From Eledone cirrhosa (taxonomy: Eukaryota), in NCBI GenBank assembly GCA_964016885.1, contig OZ024741.1, forward strand, positions 97,464,001-97,528,000: DNA of 64,000 nucleotides. The letters are read 5' to 3'. How positions within the stretch are numbered: the stretch's first letter is position 1; each line of letters begins with the position of its first letter. The notes under the pieces were generated by a model. It saw only the letters and a program-made list of their open reading frames with translations. It was not told the DNA's origin and searched no databases. A program made the translations under genes and the position numbers. Below, piece after piece: positions 28,630 to 43,986 of the stretch.

Positions 28630-29814
28630 AAATATACATGAAATTCATACGAACAATTACAAATTTAATTGAAGAAGTGATAACATGATATTGTATATTA
28701 CCAAGTTAAATGTAATGAATGAAATTGGAATTCGCATAGATTATTGTTTATGGTTGTGTAATGAGAACGTCCAACAGAGTCAAAGCAGGAAAAACATAAC
28801 CGACCGACGCCATGTATAGAACAGTCTGCCTCTAGTCGTTGAAAAGAGCAATGAAAGTGTTGTAACATTTTTTCATTTCTGTTTAAATTCACTCAGTATA
28901 AAACGTTCATCTTAAACATTTTTCCAATAAATATAATAATAGAACGATGGATTCGGGGAACATGTAAGAAAACTTACGTCTGCGATTGATGCCCGTTATT
29001 TGTTGGGCTATGTTAATGTGCGATGTTGTATATATTAACTAAAATATCGTAGTAGCTATAAGATCAATTATTATGAACGATATTTCTTTTGTGAATAAAA
29101 GATAAAAAGAAAAGAATTATTTCATTTGGTCATTTCAAACAAAACTGAGTGAAGCAATGTATGAATGGTTGTAAAACAATCCATAGAATTTCGATTAACG
29201 AATCGACTAGTCCATTATACCACGTAAAGATCACATTTATGAAGAAGTACGTTTAAGAGCGGAAGAACACCTTAAACATATATAATCGTCAAGTTGGCTT
29301 AGCTGAAGTAAATCTCACATTAAAACCCTAATATATTTGGTGCATTGTCAGAAAGCAACTATTTGTTGATGATTACGTGTATTCCAAATTTTACCGATGT
29401 TACCATATAAAGGTATTCAACACCAGTTCATGAGCAACTCATAAAGAATGTGTAGTAGAAAAGAAAACGAGAAATATGTTATGAAACAGAAATCAAACGG
29501 CACTAGTAAATATGTAATATTATAAAGATCTGTATTTGTAAGTATATGGGTGTGTGTGTGTGTCTGTATGTGTGTGTGTGTGTGCGTATGTATGTGTGTG
29601 TGTGTATATGTGTGTGTGTTCGTGTATGTGTGTGTTTATCTTTGCAATTGAAAGTAAAAGTGAAAATTTATCCGTGGCCTTATTTTCTATAAGTGCGGCT
29701 TAGTAGCTTTTTAGTACGAAATCAAAACCTGTGATATATGATGTTATCACTGTATCTCTGCAACATCGCAGAACTCTAAGAGTGTGCACACACACACACA
29801 TACACACTTCCGTG

Positions 29815-29893
<79 letters not shown>

Positions 29894-29974
29894 GCATGTA
29901 TTCCAGGTATTTATGCAAAGTCTGTTTTTCAATGTATGGAGGATATATAGTTTAACACAGATTGCGTATATATT

Positions 29975-30064
29975 TGTTTCTACTTTTTGGCACAAGGAAA
30001 GCAATTATGCCAGTGTATTACTGGTACTCTATTTAATCGACCCCATAAGGATGAAAGGCAAAGT
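29975..30064 (-). mobile_element. SINE 3' half
   Basis: gtttctactttttggcacaagg...ggatgaaaggcaaagt. Confidence 0.85.
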
Positions 30065-30158
30065 ATTAAAAAAGTAACAGACATAATATATATGTGTGTC
30101 TGTGCGTGTGTGTGTATTTATATATATATCTATAATTCTATCTATCTATATATACATG

Positions 30159-30285
<127 letters not shown>

Positions 30286-30462
30286 TGAAAAATGAAACGG
30301 GAACAAAACAGAGAGGCAGTACAAACAAAAGTTCATTAGTTTCACGCTCTTGAGAGTGGGGAGGTATGTGTGTGTGTGTGTGTATATACTTACATACATA
30401 CATATATAAAAATAGTTCGGACCCTGACGGCTGAGGTCCGCCCGTTTCGAAAGCTAGATCCG

Positions 30463-30494
<32 letters not shown>

Positions 30495-30708
30495 CTTATA
30501 TCTCTCTAGGCACATTGGATGCTATATAACTGTAAAGGTGAATCCAGTATGCCAGTAAATGGCCTCTTTCGTACACACAGCTAAAATAATATTAAACCTA
30601 ATATTTTTACTTATTGAAATAGATAAATATGCGAACAAATTTGCATCCAAACACATACAGCCATACAGAACATACCTCTCGTAGCAACAGCCACTCATAT
30701 ATATATAT

Positions 30709-30770
<62 letters not shown>

Positions 30771-30790
30771 GGAGAGGAGAGGGAGAGAGA

Positions 30791-30821
<31 letters not shown>

Positions 30822-30822
30822 T

Positions 30823-30902
<80 letters not shown>

Positions 30903-33702
30903 ATATATATATATACATATTTATACATATATCTGTTTGTGTGTGTGAATACTAGAGTAACCCTTTATTTGACTTATCTCTGTGAAGCTACGGCAACTAA
31001 AGTAATAAATCTAGATATCTCCAATAAGCCAACTTGCTACGTAAATTAATTTCGGCACACAGAACGGCCATATTATTCATAGATTCAGATAGACAATGCA
31101 TTTTGAAATATGATGAATTATCTATGGAATGTTATTTGAACATAACTGATGGCATTAAACTAAGAATAATTAACTATTTAGAAATCGCACTCAAAATAAG
31201 CTAATATACATATCCTATTAGATTTTAAAAACTAAAAAAGCCATATACACACTGCAAACACTCAAAGCCCTCTACTCTGAAAACCAAGAGCTTTGTAGAT
31301 GAAATAAGTATGTATGTTTTAACCCATCACACCCATATGTGATTCCACAATGCTTAACAGAGTGCCCTTGGCATTTTAATCCTGGTGTAGTGCATGCGCG
31401 CTCTATGTGTGAACACAATGTATTGTTTCCAGATAAAGAGATAGAGAGGGGGTCAGATGAAAATACGACACAACTATTAAATGGGTACATTTTTATTGAC
31501 TTTGTAAAAATGAAAATCAAATTTGACCGCAACGTGTTTTAGACTAGAAGAACAGCGAGCCGGAACGAGTACAACAATGCATTCTATCTTATGTTCTAAA
31601 GATACTTCCAATGCGACACTGATGAGAAATATACGAATATGCAGTCTACGGAAAATCTGTTTGAACACTATTAGGGTGAGACAATAAGCATACAACTTCA
31701 GCTAAAAATTAATAAAGATGCAAGACCTCACTGAGAATGGAATGTGAAATATAATTTGATTAAATGTACAAGTCAAACGAATATTGCCACCATCATAACT
31801 AAGATATATATATATATACCTACTACGATCACATTTTCTAATCCTGCATAAATACCACAGACTTCTCAACTACGATAAAGTGAGCTACGCATCGTATGTT
31901 AAATATGCAATAAGAAATATTTCCATCCAACGCCTACCAAAATATTCTTCTTTCATAAGCATATCAGGCTGTAAATATTCAATTTACACACACACACACA
32001 CACACACATGCACGCGCACGCGCACGCACGCACACACACACACACACACACATACACACACACATACACACACACACACGCACGCACACACACATAAATC
32101 TATATGTGTGAATGTGCGTGCGTATATATTCGTATGCATATGTGAATATATAATTGTGTCTTGAAACTAGGTGCTTGTAATATTTGTGGCTTCCCTGTGG
32201 TAAATAGATATCGGCATCCTTGGGGCATCATTGTCATTATTCTGTAACCTATGTCACTCAGTACGAAAATGAAACTAATAACGGCAACATAAAACAAAAG
32301 AATTTGTACGTTGTAGAAATTATTACATCATTGGTTTAGATATAGTGCTTACTTGAAACAGTTATTAAGAGAATTACTTAGTACCACGAATTTATTATAT
32401 AGCAGAAATGTCATTGTCATTACTTTGTGTTATTGACATTGACGAAAGGGAATTTATATGAAATTACTATTGATATTAGCCGAAATAATTACGAGAATAT
32501 TATCAGATTCACAATAATATGAATATTGCTAATTTTTACATGATAATTTTTACAGGAAAATAAATATAGAATTTGACAATTTTCTATTTGAATTATTAGG
32601 AATTCAACTATAGTAAATATATATTATAATCGTTTTATGCCAATATTTTTTCTGTTTTATTCTAAATTATTTTATAAGGACACTATTTTAAATAGCTAGG
32701 ACGAAAATAATGCGGTTAACTGTTCAAATACATTACAAATAGAATAAATATTTTCGATTTCGAAACCTAATGAGTTATTTGTATATATAAAAAGAAGCTT
32801 TCAAATTTCAAACCGTTGAGAAAATAATGTATGAAAAGACTTAATCAGATGTGTTTACTAAATTGAATAATTGAAATATGCTCTTAAATAAATCATGCCA
32901 AAAACTGATATTCACATCATATATAATTGGACTTTCCATTCATTTAGTTTATGAAAGTTATTAGGTCTGAAAAAAACAGAATGCTTCTTTTTCAGGATAT
33001 ATTGTATCAGTCGTCTTCCAATTTTCATTTCAATTGAATCGCAAAAGAATATTAGGTTGTAATATGGCCTCAAATACATTATACCAGCAAATTTGAAGGC
33101 CCAATGTAGAAAAGACTTCAAGAAAGAGCAGTTGCGAGTGTGGCATTGATTCTTTCGATACAATATATGAAGTAATACATTATATAGTGGGTCCCTTTGT
33201 TTAGTGCGATTTTAATAGAAAATTGGATATTAATGACAACTCCTCATTTTATCACGAAATTTCAACTCACCCTTGCTGCTTATTTAATGAGGCTTATAAT
33301 AGTTATATCACGCAGTCTATGTTTCTAATTTCACACAATATTCATTATCCAGATTTTGCAGTGTTACACGGTACAATACCTTAAATGTTAATATTCTTCT
33401 GGAAAATATAACACTTGGTTTACGTATTTTACGTGAGATTATGCATCCGATACAAAGCAGTATCTTCCCTAAGTATTAAACTAGCATATATACCTATGCT
33501 TCCCAGAGGAAGACTAACCATCGGACGTCACTCGTCATATTTTACATTGACCATACATTTTTGGTCAAATAAATATTATTAAGAATTTATTCTGAAATGC
33601 TGTCTATCGTCATAAATCAGTATATATTGCTATTTCTTTTAAAGGCATAGACCGTGAAATTGTATATGTGAATACAAACTAATTGTTACGTATTTTCTAG
33701 AC

Positions 33703-33864
33703 CAAGCATGGACAACATTTTTCTAGACGTGGGCTGCATAGAATAAGGCTCATCTGAAGGTGGCGGCACTAGTAAACATTTCAAGGCAACTTTGAAATTA
33801 GACATCCAATTCGGGTCCCAAACGGGTCGCATGCCATTTGTGGGCCGCAGTTTGTCCATGAGTA
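33703..33864. mobile_element. hAT (Charlie-like) MITE
   Basis: Imperfect TIRs caagcatggacaa / ttgtccatgagta, internal gtgggc(t/c)gca motifs, and 8 bp TSD ttctagac at 33695-33702 and 33865-33872. Confidence 0.8.
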
Positions 33865-36800
33865 TTCTAGACTAAGAAACCAATGTCAACGAAGTCGAGC
33901 ACCCATTGAGCAACATTAACATAAATCATCTTCTGCTTTTTTCAATCCATCAACTGTAGACCATAGACCGTCAACATTTTTTTCATGGAATTTGACCTGT
34001 GAATCTGAAATGGTTCCATGTTTTACATTCTTTCTTGAAATATAGATCCACCTCTCATGTATTCTGTTTATTGCACCTTGCATCGATGTCTCATTATTAC
34101 TCATAGGATAACGTGTATCATTTATATCCGTGTGTTTGATGCTAATCATCAAGCAGTGTGTTTTAAATTGCACCATCTTTTACCAATCATCAGAACTTCT
34201 ATAGGTAAGTGATTGTAACTATATTTTACTTTCAGTTCTACGCTAACAGGTTTCTATGTTTCAGTTTTTCTTTTTTAATTATGATATATGTAGTATATAT
34301 TTTGTTGTGCACAGTAATAATAAGGGAAAGTTTTGTATTTCGTATAAATAATTGCAAGCCAAATACAGTTGTATTTTGTACTTGATATCAAAATAATTAT
34401 TTCAGTCAATTTTATAATCGTTGAATCACAATGATATTCTGTACTTTAGATGTTTAAAAGATGAAAAATGATATTTGTGCAATGGTCACTTGAAACTAGA
34501 TGTTTTGGTTCAATAGTTTCAGAACATGTGCTATTGGCTGTATCACTTTGTTTGATATATGTGCCATATTTTCTTATTGCATATTTGATTTTTACTAAAC
34601 TAATTTATATGCTTCGATTCTGCAGTAAATTCTTCACACATTTATAATTTGCTCCAACTACTTCCCACTTACTGACAAAAAACTGTACCGATTGTTTCTG
34701 TATTTATATTTCTTTCTCCTCATTTCCATCTATTAACAAGGTATAATGTGCAAAACATGTAAAATTCTAATTGCCATGACATCAACAATACATACGTATA
34801 TAAATTCAAATTGACATAATATGAAAAAAAGTAATATTTAGGTGTCAACTATTGATGAATGTTTTGTTGCGCAAACTTTCATTGAAATTAATATTCAACG
34901 AACATTTGAGAGCATTACTTGTTAGTGACAAATTTCACTCAAATGTCTTGGGAACTACAGAAAAAATGCTAAATATTGAGCCTGCATGGGAATATTAAAA
35001 CGTAAGTTTAACTTAAATAGTAATTCATTTCTTAATGAGGATTTTCGTAATTAATTACTGAAGCAATTTCATATATATTTGTAAATTGAAAACAACATTT
35101 TTTTTGTTAGTTGCAATCGTACATGCGTCAATAATGTATATGTATAACAATTATAAATCAAAAGCGAGAGCAATGTAATCAGACCATTTCCAAATGCAAG
35201 TTCAATCCCACAATGAAATACTTTCAATTTCTGTTCTCTTTTCATATCATGGAATGTCACATCAAATGCTTTGTTTACATGCATAATTCTTTTAATCATT
35301 TTCCCTCAATGTAAAGAATATAGTGACCCCCAAATCAATGGGTATTTCTGGATATAGAACTTACACTTCAAAATTGAGGTAATTCTACCTAAGACATATT
35401 TATGCGAAATAATATTCCATAAATTTAAAATTTATAATGTTGGATTTATGTAACTACATATTTTGCGTTACTGCTATTATTGTTCACTGTTAGAAAACTG
35501 ATCATAGATTATAGTATATATACATATGAAACTGTTATTTTTTTTATTATCATTTGGGAACTAAATTGCGCTAACCAAATTGTACAACAGTTATAAATAA
35601 TATTAAAATACAACGAGTATAAACAACGAATTTTCAAAGAAAATAAAACATTTCAGTGGGTTTCTTTCAAATTCGGGCAAATGTCGCATATTGTCCCCTC
35701 AGATTTCATACCATTCTTTTAAATATGCTATCCAAAATGTTCTTTAATCCCCAATAAGACAGATAAAGATTTCAGTGATATTTACTAAAGTTCGATTGAA
35801 AAGATAGAACATTAAACTTTAACATAACAACTTCAAATTTTAAAGAAGTTGTGAAACTGCTTGCGGGATGGTTTAAAGGAGTATTATCTTCCAGTAGTTT
35901 CGAGTTGATTTCCTGAAGAAAACCATTAATTAAATTTGAACTGATTGCTAATATACAGGCACGACCATCAATATCTTCTATCACAATATATTTTAGAGAC
36001 TCAACATATGAATATACAGTAACGGACTTGCTATACTTTCACATCACGACAGTATATATTTTTAGTAAGTCTATATATGATTTTCATGTCTACAACACAC
36101 AAAATCACACGACGAAGAACGTAAATACGACCTTAACGTCCGTAAAATAGGTGATTCCCTACAGAATCGTATTCATTTGTAGTCATTATCATGCTATGTT
36201 ATGATTGACCCTTATTTGTGTATAAGCATACTCGTAATGAACGTAACGGTAGGATATGTTAGAGAACAAAATGGTTACTTTTCGAAGAGGGATTTCTATG
36301 TAGGAGTAACATTCACTCAAGCTGTTGAATGTTTAGTCAAAATATATAGGACGGATTTTATTGAAAAGTTCAATTTGACGAAACTGGATTCATTGTATTT
36401 ACATTGATTTTCCCTGCTGATTATATCACCTGTTTTGTTAGTTAATCGAGTTTCTTTCTTAGTGAAGAGATTAAATGACTCATATGATAAGAAGGGATTG
36501 TCTCGTTGTATGCTTTGCTCTTTGAAAAAAATCCCAGGAACCATCTGTGTTTGAGAATAGTTCGCAGTATATGGGTGCTTTATCGAGGCTAGTAGTATGG
36601 ATTTGCAGGACTGCTATAGAGTAATCAACACAACGATACAGTTAATTGTGATTTTCTCACTCAGAAAAGATAGAAAACACTGGATTAATTAACTACTAAA
36701 GCTTGTCATTTGTTTCATTATTCAAAATTACATACCTTACTTTAGGTTTGACTACCGATAACATTTATCAACAAAACAAATTTCGTTCTGCTCATATCGG

Positions 36801-37039
36801 ATATACATAACAATATTAAACGGTGTTCTTATAACGTTATAAGAGATAACTTGAAAGGATATATATTTATATATAAATGCAATCTGAGTTTTTGGAATAT
36901 TAATAATGATATTCGATTCATTTGCAATTATGCAAACAGCCTCTTTTAAAACATGTCCGTAGAATGAGCCCCTCATTCTTGCACTTGTGTTGGCATGTAA
37001 ACAGAACTGTTTGTTATATATTTATCGATCTATCTATGG

Positions 37040-37620
37040 CGGGTAATATTTCCGAGACCCATGGACGAGTTCTCTCCAGCGGTCTCTGTCCCTCATTATC
37101 GCTGCCATATCCTGCGTCTCCAAGAGACCAGTGTCTCTCCTAAAGGCATCAACATATGTTAACCTTGGTCTTCTTCTTCCCCTGTGTCAATGCAGGGGCT
37201 CCCACAGGAGCACTGAGTGCAGTGTCAACTTTGGATGTCCGTGAGCATGTCCAGCTAACCTCAGTCTCCTCTGTGTCAATTTTGAGCTGATTTTGGGAGG
37301 CTCCGTACAGCTCTTCATCCTCAGTGTATACTGATTAATGTTCAGAGCCATTCTCCATCTGAGTGAGTTTCTTGGTCAGTGTCCAAATCTCAGACCCGTG
37401 CACCAGCACAGACTCCACTACAGCAATGAAGAGGCGAATCTTCAGGTCTTTACGAATGTCCGACTTCCACACCGATTTCAAGCTGTGGCAAGCCGCCCTG
37501 GCTTTGTTCTTCCTCTTGACCACATCATCTTCAGTATTCCCAATCTTTGCTCCCAAATACAGGAAGTCCTCAACCAATCTATATGCTTCCCCCACAAGAG
37601 TCACTCCTGCATGCATGCTG
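37040..37620 (-). mobile_element. RTE-clade LINE 3' RT fragment
   Basis: [11 protein letters not shown]...[17 protein letters not shown]...[16 protein letters not shown], followed by RLRLAGH and RGRRRP-like sequence. Confidence 0.8.
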
Positions 37621-37715
37621 CACACACTCATACCCACATACCCCCATTTCACAGACACCACAGTTATTCACAAACGCGCGCGCACACACACACACACATA
37701 TCTATATATATATAT

Positions 37716-37817
<102 letters not shown>

Positions 37818-37822
37818 GTATG

Positions 37823-37856
<34 letters not shown>

Positions 37857-38816
37857 CGCGTTATATATATATACACATATATATGGGGAGGGGGTATGTG
37901 AGTATGAGTGTTAACTCAAAGCTTCTAAAATTTATATAATTGTACACGTATTCTGCTTAGTGTATCGATTACAAGGATATGTAAATAACGTATCTCGAAA
38001 GATAAAGTAGAAATATATTTTCTAATAACTAAATAACGACAATAGATCATTTTATAAATATAGCTTTTTCAATTATTGTTCAGAAATTGGATATTTTATT
38101 CAAAGAACTAGAAGTGTGGGTTACCGAGAGAGCGAAATATAGATTGCGAAATTAATGAAACTACAGAGCTAGACAAATATATAAGAAGTGCGAGTCAGCT
38201 TTTAATATATATTAGGTTCATTAATATCGGTAGAATGGAGTAAAGTAATCAATCTTCTTGAATACATGTAATTTAGAATAAAAGCAGGTTTTGTCAATTG
38301 TAAAGTATATGTTACTTTATTTCTCAAGGGGTATAAGTATGTGAATTTTTTATTTTATGTAATTTTCCTGGTGAGTTTTCAAGGAAATATATTAAATAAT
38401 TAAAGTTAATGTTCCCTGAAATGCTAACATTTCTTTCTAGAAATGAAACACGATTTATTTCCAGTTGCCACTGGGAGGTTTAGTCAGAAAACCTTCCCGT
38501 TTATCCCACTAAATATTGCCGAAAAAACGGAGTATATAAGGAATTAATATTCCTGAAAATAATGTGAGAGATATTCAAATTGATAGATGTGGTTACAACG
38601 AAAATATGAAATAAAAGACATGCCTGTCAAAAATTGCTCCATAATATATGGAAACAAAGAAAGGCTGTATAACTTGTAGGTATTTACACTCGAAAATGAA
38701 AATCATAGGTCATATCAAAGTATTGATAACATTTAGATAAAAAACTAAGTACATTGTGATTACACCATAGGTCTGGATAACTTAGAAAAAAATACTTACG
38801 ACGGCAAAGCATAAGC

Positions 38817-38850
<34 letters not shown>

Positions 38851-39369
38851 CGCACGCGCGCGTGTATGTGTGTGAGTGTGTGTGTGTGTGTGTGTACATA
38901 CATATATATATATAACGCGTGGACAGATAAAAGAACAGCAATAACAAAAACAAAAAACAGCACAAACATTACTAGGTAATTACTTTTCCTTTTCGTTACC
39001 TCATCATACAGTCTATTTTGCATTGTTTAGTCTTCTATCTATTTCAACGTTATATATTATATACAATGCTTCAAGCAACCATCAATATTGTATTATATAT
39101 ATATATATATGTGTGTGTGTGTATTGTAATTTTAATAATTGTGTTACTTATCCGTAAGAGATGTGGTGCGACATTTCGTTGACAAACAGGTGTAAGAAGA
39201 TAAGAGCACTCCACGTAAGTCGTATCATTCTAGACTTACGGTAGCGGTCAAAATAATGTCGCATTATGTATTCAATTAAAATTTAGATGCGATTATGTAA
39301 CAATTTAATTTCATATATATGTATATGTATATATGTATATATGTATATATGTATATATATAAATATATA

Positions 39370-39910
39370 GTTAAAAGAATAGAGGTGTAACAGACAAGTT
39401 ATGATATATTGGTAAACGGAATAGAAAATGCTGACAAATTGTTCACAGTGAAAAATAGTTTAATTAGGAATAAGTGAGAATTAGTAATGGTATTGGTTAG
39501 TATTAAGTTTTGGTTTTAAGTTTTACCGGTTGCGCATTTCTAATGCTTTTCAAAAATAATTTTGACATAGAGCGTCCGTGATGTTTGCTCTGATCTGGTT
39601 AGTTTTGGGAATTCTACCTGTTTTTATGTTAAAAAAGTGGCTCCAGCGGTATTAAAATAAGTTTTGCGCCAATTCGTGTTGCAAAAATTCTTGTGGTCAA
39701 AACAATTTTGATTGGTCGGTAGAAGTCATGTGAATGTAAAAAATTGATATTGCGCCAAATGTAGGTTTGTATCGGCTGACTGAGAGATAAGTCTTTCACA
39801 ACAAATATGTGTGTGTGTAGTAGTAGTAAAGATGTTCGTTGTTGTGATAATGGTCAGCAGGGATGTGTGTGGGAACCGCAGACTGTTGACAGTTCAAATG
39901 CCTATTAAGA

Positions 39911-39981
<71 letters not shown>

Positions 39982-40189
39982 CAGAGTAATTCGTGGTAGA
40001 GGGAAAGTCAGTAGGAATGTGTCTGTAAGCGTGTGGGGGATATTTTAACATGTTAAAAGATATTTTTCAGCTCTTGTCTTTTACGGAGAAGTTTGTGTGT
40101 GTGTGTGCGTGTGTATGGCTCTTTGTATGTTAATGTACGCGTGTGTATGTGTGTGTATATATAAATGTGTGTGTGTGTGTGAGTGAGAA

Positions 40190-40222
<33 letters not shown>

Positions 40223-41650
40223 ATCAGTGTTTATTTCTGGTAAAATGGTGTACATATGTGCCAATCAGTGTGTAATGAATGTGTGCGTTTATGTATGTGT
40301 GTGTGTCGGCACGTTTATATCTATAGACATCATGTGTGTTTACGTATGTCATTGTGTTTATATGTGGGTAGAGATGTATGCTGATGTAGGTATGTATGTT
40401 GACGTGTGTATGTTGTGGGTTCGTCTTAGGGATAAGTGTTTAGGCGGGATCCGTATGTGTTAATAAAATAAGATTACTTGCTGATGCGCTGGGTGTGGGT
40501 GGCATTATCATTAAATTTGTAGAGGGGAAAGTTTCTGAAGTTGGGATGATTTTGGGCGGCACAGGTATCAATGTCTTCACTCAGTGGTATTTTCCTGTAT
40601 TCCCTTATTTTAATTTGGGATCTATGGACAGTCATGCGTTGGCGGGGGCTGTTTTTGGTCTGGCCTATGTATTGTTCTCGACAACCTGAGCAAGTTAATA
40701 ATTAGATTTTCTGATGCGCATGTGAAATTGTGTCTTACTATAAAACGTTGTCCTTCTTTGAAATAGAATTCCGAACCCTCTATTAGGTTGATGCAAATGC
40801 CACAGTTGGGTCTATCGCATTTTTTGACTTTGGGTTTCGTTGTTGTAGTTGTCAGTACTTTGGCATGTGTTAGGATGTTTTTCATTGACTTAGATTGTCT
40901 TTTGCTCTTTATGATATCGTGTGTTCGTAGGATTTGGTTCATTCTATGGTCCTTTTTCAACACAGGGATGTTCTGGAGGATGGTGTCAAAGGCCTCATCG
41001 TTGAGGGGGTTGTGTGTGGAGATGTATGGAAGAGCTTATAGTTTCGGTTGATTTACTTTAGGGTGTCTAAAGTCCTGGGTACTGAGTTTTAGGGCACTTT
41101 GGATTCCATTGTCCATTAGTGATGCAGGGTAGTCCCTGCCTATGAGTGTGTCCTTTAGTTCTTGTAGCCGTAAGTAGCAGGTGTTTTTATTGGAGACTAT
41201 AGTACAGATTCTCTTGGCTAAGTTGTGGGGAATATTAATTTTAACGTGTCTAGGGTGGCAAGAGTTGAAAGGAAGATATTGCTTGGAGTCTGTGGGCTTG
41301 TAGTATATTTCTGTTTCTATTTTTTTGTTATGGATCTTAATGAGGATGTCGAGGAAGGGGAATTGTTGATAGCTGTATTCCATCGTGAAGTTAATATTCG
41401 TGTTGAGCCCATTTATAAGGGTGTGAAATTCTTTAAGTTTCTCGATGTTTTCGTGCCAAAGGATGAAGCAGTCATCTAGATATTGCTTCCAGTTGCTTTC
41501 TATGTGTAAATGGAGAGTGTTTCCAAGCTTGTTTAGGACATTACCCCCCCCCCCCCACACACACACAGACACATTCTCTCTCACAGACACACACACACAC
41601 ATATATATATACAGACACACATACACACGCGTACATTAACATACAAAGAG

Positions 41651-41688
<38 letters not shown>

Positions 41689-42319
41689 CTCCGTATAAGA
41701 CAAGAGCTGAAAAAATATCTTTTAACATCTTAAAATATCCCCCACACACTTACAGACACATTCCTACTGACCATCCCTCTACCACGAATTACTCTGCTAC
41801 ACACACACACACACTTGTCTTAATAGGCATTTGAACTGTCAACAGTCTGCGATTCCCACACACATCCCTGCTGACCATTATCACAACAACGAACCTCTTT
41901 ACTACTACTACACACACACACACATATTTGTTGTGAAAGACTTATCTCTCAGTCAGCCGACACAAACCTACATTTGACGCAAAATCAATTTTTTACATTC
42001 ACATGACCTCTACCGACCAATCAAAATTGTTTTGACCACAAGGATTTTTGCAACACGAATTGGCGCAAAACTTATTTTAATACCGCTGGAGCCACTTTTT
42101 TAACATAAAAACAGGTAGAATTCCCAAAACTAACCAGATCAGAGCAAACATCACGGACGCTCTATGTCAAAATTATTTTTGAAAAGCATTAGAAATGCGC
42201 AACCGGTAAAACTTAAAACCAAAACTTAATACTAACCAATACCATTACTAATTCTTATTTATGCCATATTAAACTATTTTTCACTGTGAACAATTTGTCA
42301 GCATTTTCTATTCCGTTTA

Positions 42320-42327
<8 letters not shown>
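39370..42327 (-). mobile_element. Penelope-like element (probably Neptune-type), 5'-truncated, with inverted pseudo-LTR arms and a ~35 bp tail
   Basis: RT C-terminus YLDDCF...FTME...FPFLDI...YYKPTDSKQYL...SCHP; linker CDRPNCGIC; GIY-YIG CSGCREQYIGQT...RQRMTVH (40620-41530). Inverted arms ~39405-40220 and ~41546-42327. Tail 39370-39404. (TA)n on both sides. Confidence 0.92.
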
Positions 42328-42364
<37 letters not shown>

Positions 42365-42528
42365 CAAGAAGAAGGTTTAGCAGGTAGAGCGTAGAAAGAA
42401 CGGGAGTCACAAAATACAAAAGGTAATTATTGAGACGGCCACATAATATCTGAAGAAAGAACTTTAACGAAATAACGAATAATTACTAATAAACGTAAAG
42501 GGGAAAATCGTTAGGTGCGTGTGTTTTG

Positions 42529-42559
<31 letters not shown>

Positions 42560-42677
42560 ATATTGTAATTTTAATAATTGCATTGCTTATCCGTAAGAGG
42601 TGTGATGCGACATTTCGTTGACAATAATGGCAACCAGCCGCAAATATAACTAAATATATATATATTTATATATATAT

Positions 42678-42996
42678 ATATTGTTATACTTGGGGAGGGT
42701 CATATTGTTTTAATAATATTGGCTGAAATAATAACATAACACACTCACTCTTTCGTTGGTTTTTCGCTACTGTATCCTTTATATATCCGTAGTTAATTTA
42801 TTTGGCAATCATTGTTTATCATTGATTGACCGACGTTTAAAAATACAGATATAAATATATATATAGTCAAACAAAGTTCTTTTGTTGCACATCTGCCACA
42901 TCATCAATATTATTACAACAATATGACCCTCCCCAAGTATAACAATATTTGTTTCGACATACGATTTCATATCAAAAACCTTGCAAAACAAATTCA
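42678..42996 (+). mobile_element. Short fold-back element with one-sided tail in (TA)n
   Basis: Arms 42678-42722 and 42905-42948; tail 42949-42996. Terminus shared with 2439-2832. Confidence 0.72.
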
Positions 42997-43008
42997 TATA
43001 TATATATA

Positions 43009-43293
<285 letters not shown>

Positions 43294-43928
43294 GCGTGTG
43301 TGTGTGTGTGTGCCTAATGCGTCATGCATAGGGTACTGACTTTAATTACGAATTTCAAATAAGTGAACATACACGTTTGAGAACAAGAATTGGATTTAAA
43401 GTCAAATCATCTTATACTCAATGTAACAGTATCTCAGTTATATTTTCAGGGCAGATGCCTGCCACTCTCTATTGATGCCATAATTAGTAATGCAGTATTT
43501 TGCTGAAGAACATAACCGCACAATACCCCAGACCGTCCAGAAATCTGACCGACAGATTATGATCATGAATCCGACAGCTACCAAATTTGGGTGTACATTT
43601 GTTTTTGGTACTAGTTCTGGTCATTACACAATTATTCTATATTTTATCGTGAATATACGACATGCTTGTACATGTTTGTCATAAGATATATTGCATATTC
43701 TGCGTATATCAACTGAAGTGATAAATGACTCATTTGGCTGCTTATTGCCCCTGTCTATAAACAAGAATTCTAAACACAATTATTATATTTCTCATATTTT
43801 CTTAATAATTTAGTGTTGATATCATTACATTACTTTACTGCTTTCTCGCTTAAAAAAATTACGAACATATATATATATATATATACATGTGTGTATGTGT
43901 GTGTGTTTATGTGTGTATGTGTGCGTGC

Positions 43929-43986
<58 letters not shown>

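Noticed and set aside
35069-35299. NKAFDVTFHD...QKLK resembling an RT KAFD motif
   Set aside because: Too short and degenerate to call, with no neighbouring RT motifs on the same strand.
31272-36544. Short ORFs in unique-looking AT-rich DNA as possible host exons
   Set aside because: No recognisable domain or consistent splice structure.
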